Source of the DNA: Hemiscyllium ocellatum
Lineage: Eukaryota
Length of the DNA stretch: 64,000 nucleotides
Direction of reading: 5' to 3'
NCBI RefSeq assembly: GCF_020745735.1
Contig: NC_083410.1
Coordinates: 3,694,117 to 3,758,116, forward strand
Position 1 is the stretch's first letter. Each line of letters starts with the position of its first letter. Positions 1 through 11,944 of the stretch are shown here, one piece after another. The position numbers and the translations under genes were made by a program. Under the pieces are notes generated by a model, which saw only the letters and a program-made list of their open reading frames with translations, had not been told where the DNA came from and made no database searches.

Positions 1-190
1 GAGTGTAAACCCAGAGAGGGCAACTTTGGGGAATGACTGAACCTGAGCTCAGCTTCCTCTCCACAGTGAATCCATCCCCAAGATCACTCTCCACCACCTC
101 CTCAATCTTCTTGATTACTAACTGATCTTCAATTTATCCACTGGACAAGATGTTATTACTGGATGAGATAGTGATGTAAACTCTACTCAA

Positions 191-540
191 CATTTACAAT
201 GAATTGGCTGCCTCTCCCAATGATCCAGCCTAACACTTTACAGTAATAGACCCAAGCATCACTGTGCTGCACGTTTATGATGGTCAGAAGGAACTGTTAC
301 TGGAGAGGTCTCTGGAAGGCTGGAATCGCTCTGAGAATCCTGGGCTCCATTGTGTGATGTTCTTCACGTTATACATTAAAATCCACTCCGTGTCATTTCC
401 TGGTCTGCTCCAGTGCCAGCGAACATCAGTGTGTGTCTCTGCAGCATTCCTCCTGGAGCACTGTAACCGGGCAGTGTGACCCTCGGTGATATGATATGAT
501 CCAGGGTCTGAGACTGGAGAAGGACTGGAGAATTTGTACA
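191..540 (-). pseudogene. V1: germline-joined VJ-type Ig-superfamily exon, disabled
   Basis: Acceptor CAG at 543-541. Translates ...HITEGHTARLQCSRRNAAETHTDVRWHWSRPGNDTEWILMYNVKNITQWSPGFSERFQPSRDLSSNS(fs)LTIINVQHSDAWVYYCKVLGWII(fs)GxGSQFIVN, with the canonical Cys-Trp-Cys and a J-like end in one exon. Lesions: 5-bp ATATC duplication, 1-bp indels, donor reads TTGAGT instead of GT. Confidence 0.85.
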
Positions 541-1039
541 CTGCGGGGATAAATATCAAGAATTTCAGAATCAATTCTCCAGGTTACAATGTGCTGCCTG
601 TTGCTCAAACAGACAGTACAGGGGGAGCGAGTACAGCATTAAATCGGGAACTGGTCTAAAATTGAACCAGTGGAGTTGATGCAGATCAAACAAAGTTTAT
701 ATGAGTAATTAAATAACTGACACATTTGCATGTTAAAGAACTATTAGTTCTCATTACTATGAGTATTAAAACTATAAGACAACTTGAAGAGGAACAGCAG
801 GGTCAGAGTGTAGAGTGACATTTCCTGATTAAAGACAGCTCCTGATTACAGCTCCTAGCCTCTGGCTCTCCCCATTCCCTGTCTCCACCAGATGTTCCAT
901 GATGCCAGCCCATTTGGTGGGATACTGAGGCAATATGGTTACAGCGCAAAAGTAAGATGGATGCAGTTACACTGATAAGATTATACTATAGCGCACCCCC
1001 CCCCACCCCCCCAACTCCCAAAGTGTCGGAGACATTAAG

Positions 1040-3500
1040 GAACAATATTAAGGCAGATTATGGAAAGATGCAATGAAAACAGAATTGTCATAGCAAGTGA
1101 CTTTAACTTCTCCAATATTGACTAGGACTCCCACAGAGCAAGAAGCTTAGATGGGGCATAGTGTGTTAAGTGTACCCAAGATGGTTCCTTGAAACAGTAG
1201 GTGGATAGCCGAGCGAGAGGAGTGGCCATCCTGGACCTTGTAAGAGCGAATGAGCCTGGCCAGGTGACTGACCCTTTAGTGGGAGAGCAGTTTGGGAAGA
1301 GTGATCACAACACATTAAATTTTAAGATAGCTATAAACAAAGATAAGTCAGGACCTTGCGAGTAACTATTACATTAGGAAAAGGCAAATTACATCAGTAT
1401 TAGGCAGGAACCAGGGAGTGTTAATTGAGAGGAGCTGATATGCAGCAAGGCATTGTTTAAAGAACTACTGATGAGAGTTCAGGACTGGCATGTTCAAGGA
1501 AGGAGGAAGGATAAGGGTGGTGAGGTAAGGGATAACAAGGGAGATTAGGAATTGAATCAAAAGGGAAAAAGAAGCAAATATAAGGTTTAGGAAGCTAAAA
1601 ATGGACAGACCCATGACAAATGGAAGGAAACTAGGAAATTAATCAAACAGGAATTAGGAAAGCAAGGAGGGGCCATGAAATGAACTGGGCAAATAATTTT
1701 AAAGCATTCCATAGATACAGTAAAAACAAAAGGATAATGGGGGAGAAGGTAGAACTGCTGAAGGTTAAAGACAGAAACTTGTGTTTGGGAGGAGAGGATG
1801 TGGGTGAGGTCCTGAATAAATACTTTGTATCGGTATTCACCCAGGAGAGGGATATGGACGATAGAGAGATTTATGTGAAGCATATTAATATGCTCAGGAA
1901 TTTTGATCCCAAGAAAGAAGTGGTTTTGGATCTCTTGAAGAACATTAAGATGGATAAGTCCCCAGGGCCCAATGGTATCCATCTCCAGCTCTTGAGAGCG
2001 GTAAGACAGGAGATTGCCGGGCCAGTGACCAAAATATTTATATCCTTGCTAGCCACTGGAGTGGCCCCACAGGATTGGCGTGCAGCTAATGTTGTTCCTC
2101 ATTTCAAGAAGTGAACAGATAGTTCAGGAAAGTATAGATTCATGAGTCTAACATCAGTGGTTTGGAAGCGACTGGAGAGGATTCTTTGGGATAGGAATTA
2201 CACACATTTGGAAAGCATGTCAGCATGGCATTGTGCAGAGCAGGTCTTGTGTTACTAACTTGACTGAATTTTTTAGGTGGTGATGAAGGTGATCGGTGAG
2301 GGTAGAGCAGTGGATGTTGGTTACATGGATTTTGGTAAGATTTTTGCCAATGTCATTCATGGTAGGTTCCTCATGAAGATTATGATGCAAGAAAGTCATG
2401 GTGACTTGGCCGTGTGGATTCAGAACTGGCTTGATCACAAAAGGCAAAGGGTAGTGGTGTAAGAATGTTTTTCTGGCTGGAGATCTGTGTTTAGTGGTGT
2501 TCCGCGCAGATGATATTGGAATTCCTGCTGCTTGTGATATATATAAATGACATGGATGAAAGTGCAGATGGGTGGTTTAGGAAGTTTTCAGGTGACACAA
2601 AGGTTGGTGGAGTTGTGGACAATGTAGAAGGTTGTCAAAGGACAGAGTGGGATAGAGAGCAGTTGCAGATATGGATGGAGAAATAGCAAATGGAGTTTAA
2701 TCTGGGTAAGTGTTGTGTGCTGCACATTGGGAGATCAAATGTTAAGGAAAAGAATGCAATAATGGGAGGACAGAACAGGATTGAAGTACAGAGGGATCTT
2801 GCAGTTCAAGCCCATAGCTCCCGGACAGTGGCCACACAAGTAGCTAGGATGGCAAAGAAGATGTATGGCATGCTTGCCTTTATTGGTCAGAGAATTGAGC
2901 GCAAGGGTCGGGATGTCATGTTGCAGTTTTGAAAGACTTTGGTTCAGTCAGACATAGAATACTGCATTAAATTCTGGTTGTCATATTACAGGAAGGATGT
3001 GGAGACTTTGGAAAGAGTGCAGAAGAAGTTTATATGATGCTGCCTGGATTAAAGGATTTAAGCTATAAGGAGAGGCTGAAAAACCTCAGATTGTTTTCAC
3101 TTGAGTGGTGAAGACTGAGGGGAGACTTGATAAAAGTCGACAAAATTATGAGATGCATAGATAGGGCTGATGGACAGAATATTTTTCCCAGAGTTGAAAT
3201 GTGCAGTAAGAGGGGACATACAGCTAAGGTGAGAGGGAGAAAGTTCAAAGGAGATGTAAGAGGAAAGTTTTTTTTACACAGATAGTTGTAGGAGTCTGGA
3301 ACCCACTGCCAGAGACGATGGTTGAGGCAGACTCAATAAGGGCATTTAAGAGACTTTTTGATAAGCACATGAATGTGCAAGGTATGGATGGATATGAACC
3401 AAGAGTAGGTACAAGGGATCAGTTTCATTTGGCATCACATTTGGTACAACATCGTAGCCCAAGGGTCTATTCCTGTGTTGTACTGTTCAATGTTCTATAT
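1040..3500 (+). mobile_element. CR1-clade LINE, degenerate ORF2 (endonuclease-RT) to 3' end
   Basis: ORF fragments DKSPGPNGIH..WRAANVVPHFKK, AVDVGYMDFGK, MEFNLGKCCVLHIG; 3' tail gttgtactgttcaatgttcta. Many stops. Confidence 0.9.
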
Positions 3501-4979
3501 TCACTGATCTCTGGTGACCCATTTATTGTTTAGATACTGCAGCATCTTCTGGGTAGCTCTGTCATTCCCTGTCTATCCTGCTCACTGCTTTCCTCACAAT
3601 TACCATTTTTCCCTGAGCCTGAGTCCTCACAGCCCTCTCACTGCCATGTCCACAGTACCTCTGAGTATTTACTGGGACTGAGGATCTTCAAATTACTCAC
3701 TGACTCTGTGTCGCCCTGTGCCCAGGAGCTGCTCAGAGAGCCAAAACTCAGCTTCTTAGACTCACACGTTCATCTGATCTTGGGCCTTAACAAAGCAGCC
3801 ATTAACAGATTCAGGAAGTGGCCAGTGGAGGTTATCCAAGCTGTGCCTACTGTGTGGTTATGGCCATCCATTGGTGTCCCAGGACATGGAGAATGCACGT
3901 ACATTGCTTTGCTTGTGACCTGCTGTATCCAGAGAGTACTAAAGGATTTGGACAGTGTCATCAACTCCAGCAATGGGATCTGACTGTCACTTCAAGAAGT
4001 ATCGTTATGTTCTTAGTTGATGTTAGTATTGTACAAATTCAATCCCACATTGAAACCTGGACTGAGTTTTATTTTGCACACAATGAGTTGGTCTATCACT
4101 GAGAAACAAACACACAATGCTGCAGATTTGGTTTCAACAATAAAATGGACATTCTCAGCTTCAAATAAACCATCTAAGAGTCTAAAGAATCAGTTTGGGA
4201 TTGGAATTATTAAAATTAAACTGCTTATACTGAGGTCCCCAATTTCTTAACAGTCCAAAACAATCACCTTTCACAGGGGAAACTGGTTTGTACATCTAAC
4301 TCCCACCAGGACCCGGTGAATTGAAACAATAATGCTTTCCAACCAATACATTCTACTTCAAAACAAAAAAAAACAATCTAATTCCATTGACCAGAATGAT
4401 TTGAACATTGTCAGCTTTACCTTGTCAGCTCATAAAATGTCTTTGAATGGAAACACATTCCCATTCGCACTTCAAGACGGTCAGATTAGGATATCTGGTC
4501 TGGGTGGACCAAAGGGTCTGTTTCCATGGTGAATGACTCAATGACTATAGGACTCTCAAACTCCAGAAACATTCCCATTTTAACCTTTAAATCCCCTCAC
4601 ACACACACACAGACCAAAACTGACATTTAAAATACAAAATCCAAAATAAATGATATTAAAATCATACAGAAACCACAGATTCACATCACAGTGTTTAGAC
4701 TCTAATAGGGGAAGTGCTGTAGTAATCAAGCCCCAATTGATTACAAGTCATACTAAATGTGCCACTGAATCAACAATACAACCAATTTATTGTTCTTCTG
4801 TTGTCTGATTTAAAGTTTAAAAAAAGGTTCATTAAAGACCTGAAAAATATCTTATTTATAATCAGCAAGAAAGATTCTTCAAACAGTTAGAAATTGTGGT
4901 TGGCAACTACATTTCTACTTGAGATTAAACCTTTAATCTCAAACAGACATTTATTCACAGACAAGGCAACACAGCTCTG

Positions 4980-6060
4980 CAGAAATAGTTTGGGATGTTT
5001 TTAAAAGATGCCTGAAAGAAAGACCATCCCAATGGGGCATGGAAGTCCCATCAGAAAGTAGAATGTGTTAAATTCTCAGAGTCCCTTAAATTTCTTGTCA
5101 ATGAGGCTGATACCTGAAAGTGAAACATTGATGGGAGATCTTCTGACCATAATATAGTTTCCAATGGGATAATTGTTCCAAAGCCTGACATTGGAAACTT
5201 TATCTTTGCAAATACTTCATGAAGAGATTTTATCAGCTTTACCTTGTCTTTTACTGACTGAGAGGGAGAAATTGTGCAGGTGGTCCTGCTGGAAGATTTC
5301 TTCTCTTTTTATCAAACAGAGGGATTTTTTTTGCTGCTTTTCATCAGCTTGACAATTTTGCTTCAGAGGGTCTCTAATATCCAAACAGTTCCACCATCCA
5401 GTTTCTCACAGTTCATGTATTTTTATGTCACCCTGATAAGGGTTTTCTTTTTGCGACAGAACTTGAAACAATGATTCTGATGTTACCTTACATATTTCAT
5501 GACTTTTTTTCAAAAGAAATACTCCCAGCTCTGAGAGCTCCTGCACACCCGTTTGAATTGCATTTTTAAATAGGATTGCCTCCACTGATCTTATTTCTCC
5601 ACCCAATCTGAGTATCCTTACATGTCTCTGCATTACATCTGATCTGCTATTAGCTGGTCACTCCCCCACAATGGGACAAGAAGAAGAGAAAACCCCAGGA
5701 ATTACCTGAGCTAGGATGGGGACTGAAGCCAGGCTCTCAGCAATACTCAACATAAAGCTCCAGCTAATTATGTTGGAAACTCCCAGAATATTATGATCAC
5801 TCTTCCCTAGTCAGGTTGCGCGGATGGCTTGGAGTATAATGTAGAATAACAACAACTTCCCAGCTTCAATCCCAGTCTCAGCTGTGGGAGCTCATGGAGA
5901 TCAAGCCCCTCCCCTTGCCCCATGCTTGCTGTGGAGTGGTTCCCTTTAACGTAGATCAAACCAATTGTCTCTCGAATGGAGAGAGATGTAAGTGACCCTT
6001 TGTGCTGTATGGCTCATTCCCAATCCCTGGGAGATTTCCCCTGCAGATATGGCACCTCAC
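4980..6060. repeat. Segmental-duplication module A, direct copy at about 55030-56740
   Basis: Colinear shared text, e.g. gaatgtgttaaattctcagag, gaagagattttatcagc, ccaatctgagtatcct, cccagaatattatgatcactcttcccta. The 55-kb copy is interrupted by a CR1 fragment. Confidence 0.85.
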
Positions 6061-6380
6061 AGAGCAATCTCCCTGACTCAGCTCACCCAGCCCAATGGCA
6101 CTAACACTCTTGTGATTCAAATGAAATTAATATCACTCATTCTCCAGGATAAAGCTCCACATTTCCCACAAACTTCTTCTCCCATTGTCACAAAAGTAAA
6201 TCCCCTTTCTGAACCCCCAACCAACATTGAACCTGAGCTCAGCTTCCTCCCCACAGTGAATCCATCCCCAAGATTACTCTCCATCACCACCTCAATCTTC
6301 TTGAACACAAACTAATCTCCAGTTCATTCACTGGGTGTGTAGTTATTGCTGAAGATCACTGTCGTGTAAACTCCACTTAA

Positions 6381-6980
6381 TGTTTACAGTGAGCTGGCTT
6401 CCTTCACCAAGGACACTTCACAGGCTGAGCAGTAATAGACCCCAGTGTCACTGGGCTGCACAATTGTGATGGTCAAAATAAAGCTGTTACTGGAAGGGTC
6501 ACTGGAAAGATGGAATCACTTAGTGAATCTTTGGCCCTATATTGCTCACTTAAAAACACAATGTTCCAAAATCCACTCCCTCTGACAACCTCGTTGCTTG
6601 CAGTGCCAGTTTATGGGCGGCACGGTGGCACAGTGGTTAGCACTGCTGCTTCACAGCGCCTGTAGACCCGGGTTCAATTCCCGACTCAGGCGACTGACTG
6701 TGTGGAGTTTGCACGTTCTCCCCGTGTCTGCGTGGGTTTCCTCCGGGTGCTCCGGTTTCCTCCCACAGTCACAAAGATGTGTGGGTCAGGTGAATTGGCC
6801 AAGCTAAATTGCCCGTAGTGTTAGGTAAGGGGTAAATGTAGGGGTATGGGTGGGTTGCGCTTCGGCGGGTCGGTGTGGACTTGTTGGGCCGAAGGGCCTG
6901 TTTCCACACTGTAAGTCTAATCTAAATATCAGTGCGTGTCACATGGATCGGAGACTGGAGAAGGGCTCGGGTTGATGTAC
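6381..6980 (-). pseudogene. V2: germline-joined VJ-type Ig-superfamily exon, SINE-disrupted
   Basis: Acceptor ttttcaAG at 6982-6981. Reads GTSTRALLQSP..TDI[SINE]NWHCKQRGCQREWILEH...SSDPSSNSFILTITIVQPSDTGVYYCSA..GEGSQLTVN. B-strand Cys region deleted, internal stops, donor reads TTAAGT. Confidence 0.8.
6616..6925 (+). mobile_element. HE1-type (V-SINE) tRNA-derived SINE inside V2
   Basis: A-box ggtggcacagtggtta, B-box gggttcaattccc, V-domain ctgtgtggagtttgcacgttctcccc...gggtttcctccgggtgctccggtttcctcccaca, tail gggcctgtttccacactgta. Confidence 0.9.
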
Positions 6981-8447
6981 CTTGAAAATAAAAAATACCA
7001 ATAAATCAACAGTAGTCTGATTGTTCTCAACTCCTGCCAGGATTTCAAGTGACCAGTCCAGCATTCTGAGTCCTAATTAAAGAGAGGAAACAGGTTATCA
7101 GACTGAACCAGTTGTGATGGTTTGTTCCTGATTAATATCCTGGCTATCAGTCACTGTATACTGGGAACAGCAGTACAGATGTTGTTATAACAGTTACATG
7201 CTGAGCCCACACTGTCGAACTGCTGTCTGACAGAAGCTAACTTGCTGCACACTGCAATCCTCTTCCCTGGACTATTCATCGTGGGAGAGGCTTCCTGACA
7301 ATCCACAGCAGATGTGAGGATTGGAACTGGGAAGGGTCTGCTGCAATAGAAAAGGCAGCCAGGAAGCATTTAAAGGGGAAGGATTTCCCCAAAGATCAAC
7401 AGAGATCCAGCCTCTCCAGCCTCAGCAATCTGAGGCCTCTCCACAGGTAAAGGTCCTGGGGGTCAGATTGGGGGGAAATGGGGAATCTCTCCCACCATTC
7501 CCTGGATATAGCATCTTTACCATGTAGGATCGAGCAAAAGTCCCCATCATTGAAAATTCTGAACTTTTCAAAACTTTTATTAAGTAAATGGAATGAGCTC
7601 ATGGAGAATACACAAACCCAACCCACAGATTTGAGACGGCTGTCTGGAACCTTTGCTCAGCCTGGATTTCCAATTTACGTACCATCTCTGAAAGAACAAT
7701 CAACTAAAACAGACTCTGGCCTGAGGCTGCTTTTATTCCTTGGGCTCCCCAGAACAGACAGGATGAGGCCTACAGAGATAACAGACACTCAACTCCAATC
7801 AAAATCCATTCACACACAGTCTGAACAATTGGGAAAATAATTGACTTCAAAAGGAACAATAGAAAGCACAGATCTGGTGTGAAGATAAGAGGCTCATAAT
7901 GAGTATAATTGTTGGTCCTGATCTCGCCTTAATGCAGCCATCCCCGAGAGCAATCCCCAGGACAGATCCCAGGAGTTATCCCCGGAAACATTCCAAAGGC
8001 TTACCTCCAGAAGGAGAATTCCAACAGCTCATTTCAAGATCCACTGACACAGGCCTGTTCTGAAACAAGGGAACCAACAGTGAACCAACCACAAACTCAA
8101 AAACTGGCAAACCCCAAAAACCAGTGACCTGACTGACACCACAAGGTCTCAGGTACATCCTGAGGTGAAACCCAGGCCCGGAAAACCAGCAGAAAGGAAA
8201 GAAAACCAAGACCCGATAGATCCACTACCCACCGTACCGCATCAACAGATTCAACTCAAACTGAGAGGCCTTTGCAGTCTACAGTCTTCACCCACGCTCT
8301 GAGCACAGCAAGCAGGAACAGCCAGCTGTACTTCAAAACAGCATTTTCGTCAGCGGTGAGCTGAAACTCCCTCAGGTTTCTGACCGAGCCAGCAGGGAGG
8401 GGGAATCTGGGAGATGACAGTGTATTGGGAGCCCAAGGGTAGGAAGC

Positions 8448-9646
8448 TTAAAAATGTGTTGCTGGAAAAACACAGCTGGTCAGGCAGCATCAAAGGAACA
8501 GGAGAATCAATGCTTCGGGCATAAGCCCTTCTTCAGGAATGAGGAGGGTGTGCCAAGCAGGCTAAGATAAAAGGTAGGGAGGAGGGACTTGGGGGAGAGG
8601 CGTTGGGAATATGATAGGTGGAAGGAGGTTAAGGTGAGGGTGATAGGCCGGAGAGGGGGTGGGGACGGAGAGGTCGGGAAAAAGATTGCAGGTCAAGAAG
8701 GCGGTGCTGAGTCTGAGGGTTGGGACTGAGAAAAGGTAGGGGAAGGGGAAATGAGGAAGCTGGAGAAATCTGCATTCAACCCTTGTGGTTGGAGGGTTCC
8801 TAGGCAGAAGATGAGGCGCTCTTCCTCCAGGTGTCGTGTTGCCATGGTCTGGCGATGGACGAGGCCAAGGACCTGCATGTCCTTGGCGGAGTGGGAGGGG
8901 GAGTTAAAGTGTTCAGCCACGGGGCGGTTGGGTTGGTTGGTGCGGGTGTCCCAGAGGTGTTCTCTGAACCGTTCCGCAAGTAGGCGGCCTGCATCCCCAA
9001 TGTATAGGAGGCCACATCGGCATCCGCTGCACCCGATGTGGCCTCCTATACATTGGGGAGACAGGCCACCTACTTGCAGAACATTTCAGAGAACACCTCT
9101 GGGACACCAGCACCAACCAAACCAACCGCCTCGTGGTTGAACACTTTAACTCCCCCTCCCACTCTGCCAAGGACATGCAGGTCCTTGGCCTCCTCCATCA
9201 CCAGACCATGGCAACACGACGCCTAGAGGAAGAGCGCCTCATCTTCCACCCAGGAACCCTCCAACCACAAGGGATGAATGCAGATTTCTCCATCTTTCTC
9301 ATTTCCCCTCCCCCCACCTTTTCTCAGTTCCAACCCTCAGACTCAGCACCGCTTTCTTGACCTGCAATCTTTTTCCCGACCTCTCCGTCCCCACCCCCTC
9401 TCCGGCCTATCACCCTCACCTTAACCTCCTTCCACTTATTGTATTCCCAACACCCCTCCCCCAAGTCCCTCCTCCCTAACTTTTATCTTAGCCTGCTTGG
9501 CACACCCTCCTCATTCCTGAAGAAGGGCTTATGCCTGAAACGTCGATTCTCCTGTTCCTTTGATGCTGCCTGACCCGCTGCGCTTTTCCAGCAACACATT
9601 TTTAAGCTCTGATCTCCGGCATCTGCAGTCCTCACTTTCTCCTTGA
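8448..9646. mobile_element. Penelope-like element, long inverted-repeat (palindromic) form
   Basis: Arms 8448-9020 and 9033-9607 are reverse complements carrying the GIY-YIG C-terminus and pLTR. 15-bp TSD ccaagggtaggaagc at 8433-8447 and 9647-9661. Confidence 0.85.
9512..9550 (+). ncRNA. Minimal hammerhead ribozyme-like motif in Penelope pLTR
   Basis: cattc CTGAAGA agggc ttat gcct GAAA cGTC gatt: conserved core with short stem II and palindromic ACGT stem III. Activity untested. Confidence 0.6.
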
Positions 9647-9848
9647 CCAAGGGTAGGAAGCCTTATTAAAGTTTCTGTGATTAAAACTGTTGGTTTTAGT
9701 TCTAATAGTGCTTAATCCAGCTAATAGTATAATTTACAAGATTACTTCTGTCTGTAGAATTGATTGTGTCAATTTTCCTGTTCATTGCATTTACGTGCAT
9801 TTCTATTATTCTACTTAGATTTTGTATTGCATTTAATTGAACAAAAAC

Positions 9849-10127
9849 AGTGCCTCACAGTGCCAGGGACCTGGGTTCGATTCCAGCCTTGGGCAACTGT
9901 CTGTGTGGAGTTTGCACATTCTACCCGTGTCTGCTTGGGTTTCCTCCGGGTGCTCCGGTTTCCTCCCACAGTCCAAAGATGTACAGGTTAGGTGAATTGG
10001 CCATGCTAAATTGCCCATAGAGTTAGGTGCATTAGTTAGGGGAAAGGGTCTGGGTGGGTTACTCTTCAGAGGGTCGGCATGGACAAGTGGGGCTGAAAGG
10101 CCTGTTTCCACACTGTAGGGAATCTAA
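9849..10127 (+). mobile_element. HE1-type SINE, 5'-truncated
   Basis: B-box gggttcgattcc, V-domain and tail as at 6616. Confidence 0.85.
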
Positions 10128-10252
10128 AAGAAAGAACAACTTGCAGTTGTATAGTGCCTTTAACACTGAAAAATTTTCCAGGGTTTCTCACAAAATGTCA
10201 CATGGAGAGATATTAGTCTGGATGACATTCCACAATGGCAGCTGAGATGAGG

Positions 10253-10745
10253 AGAAATTTCATCAAGCAGAGGGTGATGCATTTGTGGAACCTATTATGC
10301 AAAGGGCTGTAGAGGCCAAGTCATTGAGTGTATATAAGACAGACAGAGATAGGTTCTGGATCAGTAAGGAGGTCAAAGGTGATTGGGTGTGGTGAAGAGA
10401 ATGAGGTTGAGAAACATGTCTTTTCCCTGGGGTGGGGGAGTACAGAACTAGAGGGTATAGGTTTAGGGTGAGAGGGGAAAGATATAAAAGAGACCTAAGG
10501 GGCAACTTTTTCACGCAGAGGGTGGTACATGTATGGAATGAGCTGCCAGAGGAAGTGGTGCAGGCTGGTACAATTTCAACATTTAAGAGGCATTTGGATG
10601 AGTGTATGAATGGGAAAGGTTTGGAGGGATATGGGCTGAATGCTAGTAGGTGGGATTAGATTGGATTGGGATATCTGGTCGGCATGGACGGGTTGGACCG
10701 AAGGATTTGTTTCCATGCTGTACATCTCCATGGACTCTATGACCC
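10253..10745 (+). mobile_element. CR1 3' fragments
   Basis: RDLRGNFFTQRVVHVWNELPEEVV C-terminal motif and gactctatgac tail. Confidence 0.8.
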
Positions 10746-11259
10746 TATGTGAGCCACGATGGCGAACCAGGCTCAATGCACCAAATGGCCTCATTCTGCT
10801 CCTATATTTTATGGTCTTGTAGATTAGACTGAGGGACAATAATTGTTCAGGTGTAGCCCCACACATTGTAGGTATAGACAGCAGTGTCACTGGGATACAC
10901 TATTTGTAATGGGCTGAGTGAAACTGTTCTAGGAGGGCACTCAGAAGGTTGAAATGAACCAGGAAACGTGGAGGAGTTACCTTGTGAATTATTTCTGAAT
11001 GAGCTATCATCTTGCCCTTTCTTTTCCTGGGGAGCTGTTGTTATCAATGAATGATCACTTCTTGCAGCTTGGTGTTCTTCATGGTGTCCTGCCATTCTCA
11101 CTGTCAGACCCTCTCTGACAATCTGAACTGTTGAAACTGAACAAGCACTAGATTCAACATGGCACCTGGAAATGGAAAATAAAGATCACTTTAAAAGCAT
11201 TAAGGTCAGGCAGAAATCTGCATCTGACAACAAAATCTGTATTTCCAATCGCTCCACCC

Positions 11260-11720
11260 CTCTGTTATTCTGAGCTTCCTCCTTTCTTACCATTCAGTGT
11301 GTACTCCCTCATCTTGTTACTTCTTCCAAAGTGCATCACCTCACTGATATCAGGGTTTAATTCTAGCTGCCACTGACCTGCCATCTGACCAATCCATTTC
11401 TATCCTCCTGCAATCTAACACCATCCTCCTCACTCACAACCACCAGGCCAATCTTTCTGCCATCTGCAAACTTACCATACCCCACGCTCATATCTGCATT
11501 GTTTCTACCCAGCATGGACAATAAGGGACCCAGCATTGATCCCTGTGGTATACTACTGAACACTGGCCTCCAGTCACACAAACAGCCCTCTCCACTACCC
11601 TCTGTTGCTGGGTCGGAACCAGTTTTGGATCCAATTTGCCAAGTGGTCCTGGATCCCATCAGCTTTTACTTTCATTATATGTCTCCCAGAGTGGGCCTTG
11701 TCAAAGGCTTGACTGAAATC
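11260..11720 (-). mobile_element. CR1 RT fragment
   Basis: WRPVFSSIPQGSMLGPLL..KFADGRKIG (degenerate PQG and FADD motifs). Confidence 0.8.
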
Positions 11721-11944
11721 CCAATACATTCGTCAGACAACCGTGGAGACTCAGTTATTGGGAACATTCAAGACTGAAGTTAAAGCTTTCTGGGGATGAT
11801 TTACATGAAGGGATTTGGAGACCGTGTGTCAAAGTGCCATTGAGGTCATTGATCATCCATCATTTAATTGAGTTGAAGAGCAGAGTTGATGAGTTGAATA
11901 GTTTACTCTGTTCCTCTGTCTGTGTCTCTGAGGATCACAGATCA

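Noticed and set aside
5406-5633. Protein-like ORF MQRHVRILRLGGEIRSVEAILFK in module A (similar frame at 56244-56444)
   Set aside because: The frame is not maintained between the two copies, there is no recognisable domain, and splice sites are unconvincing.
6616-6690. tRNA genes at SINE heads (also 38783)
   Set aside because: A/B boxes run directly into the V-SINE body, with no complete cloverleaf.
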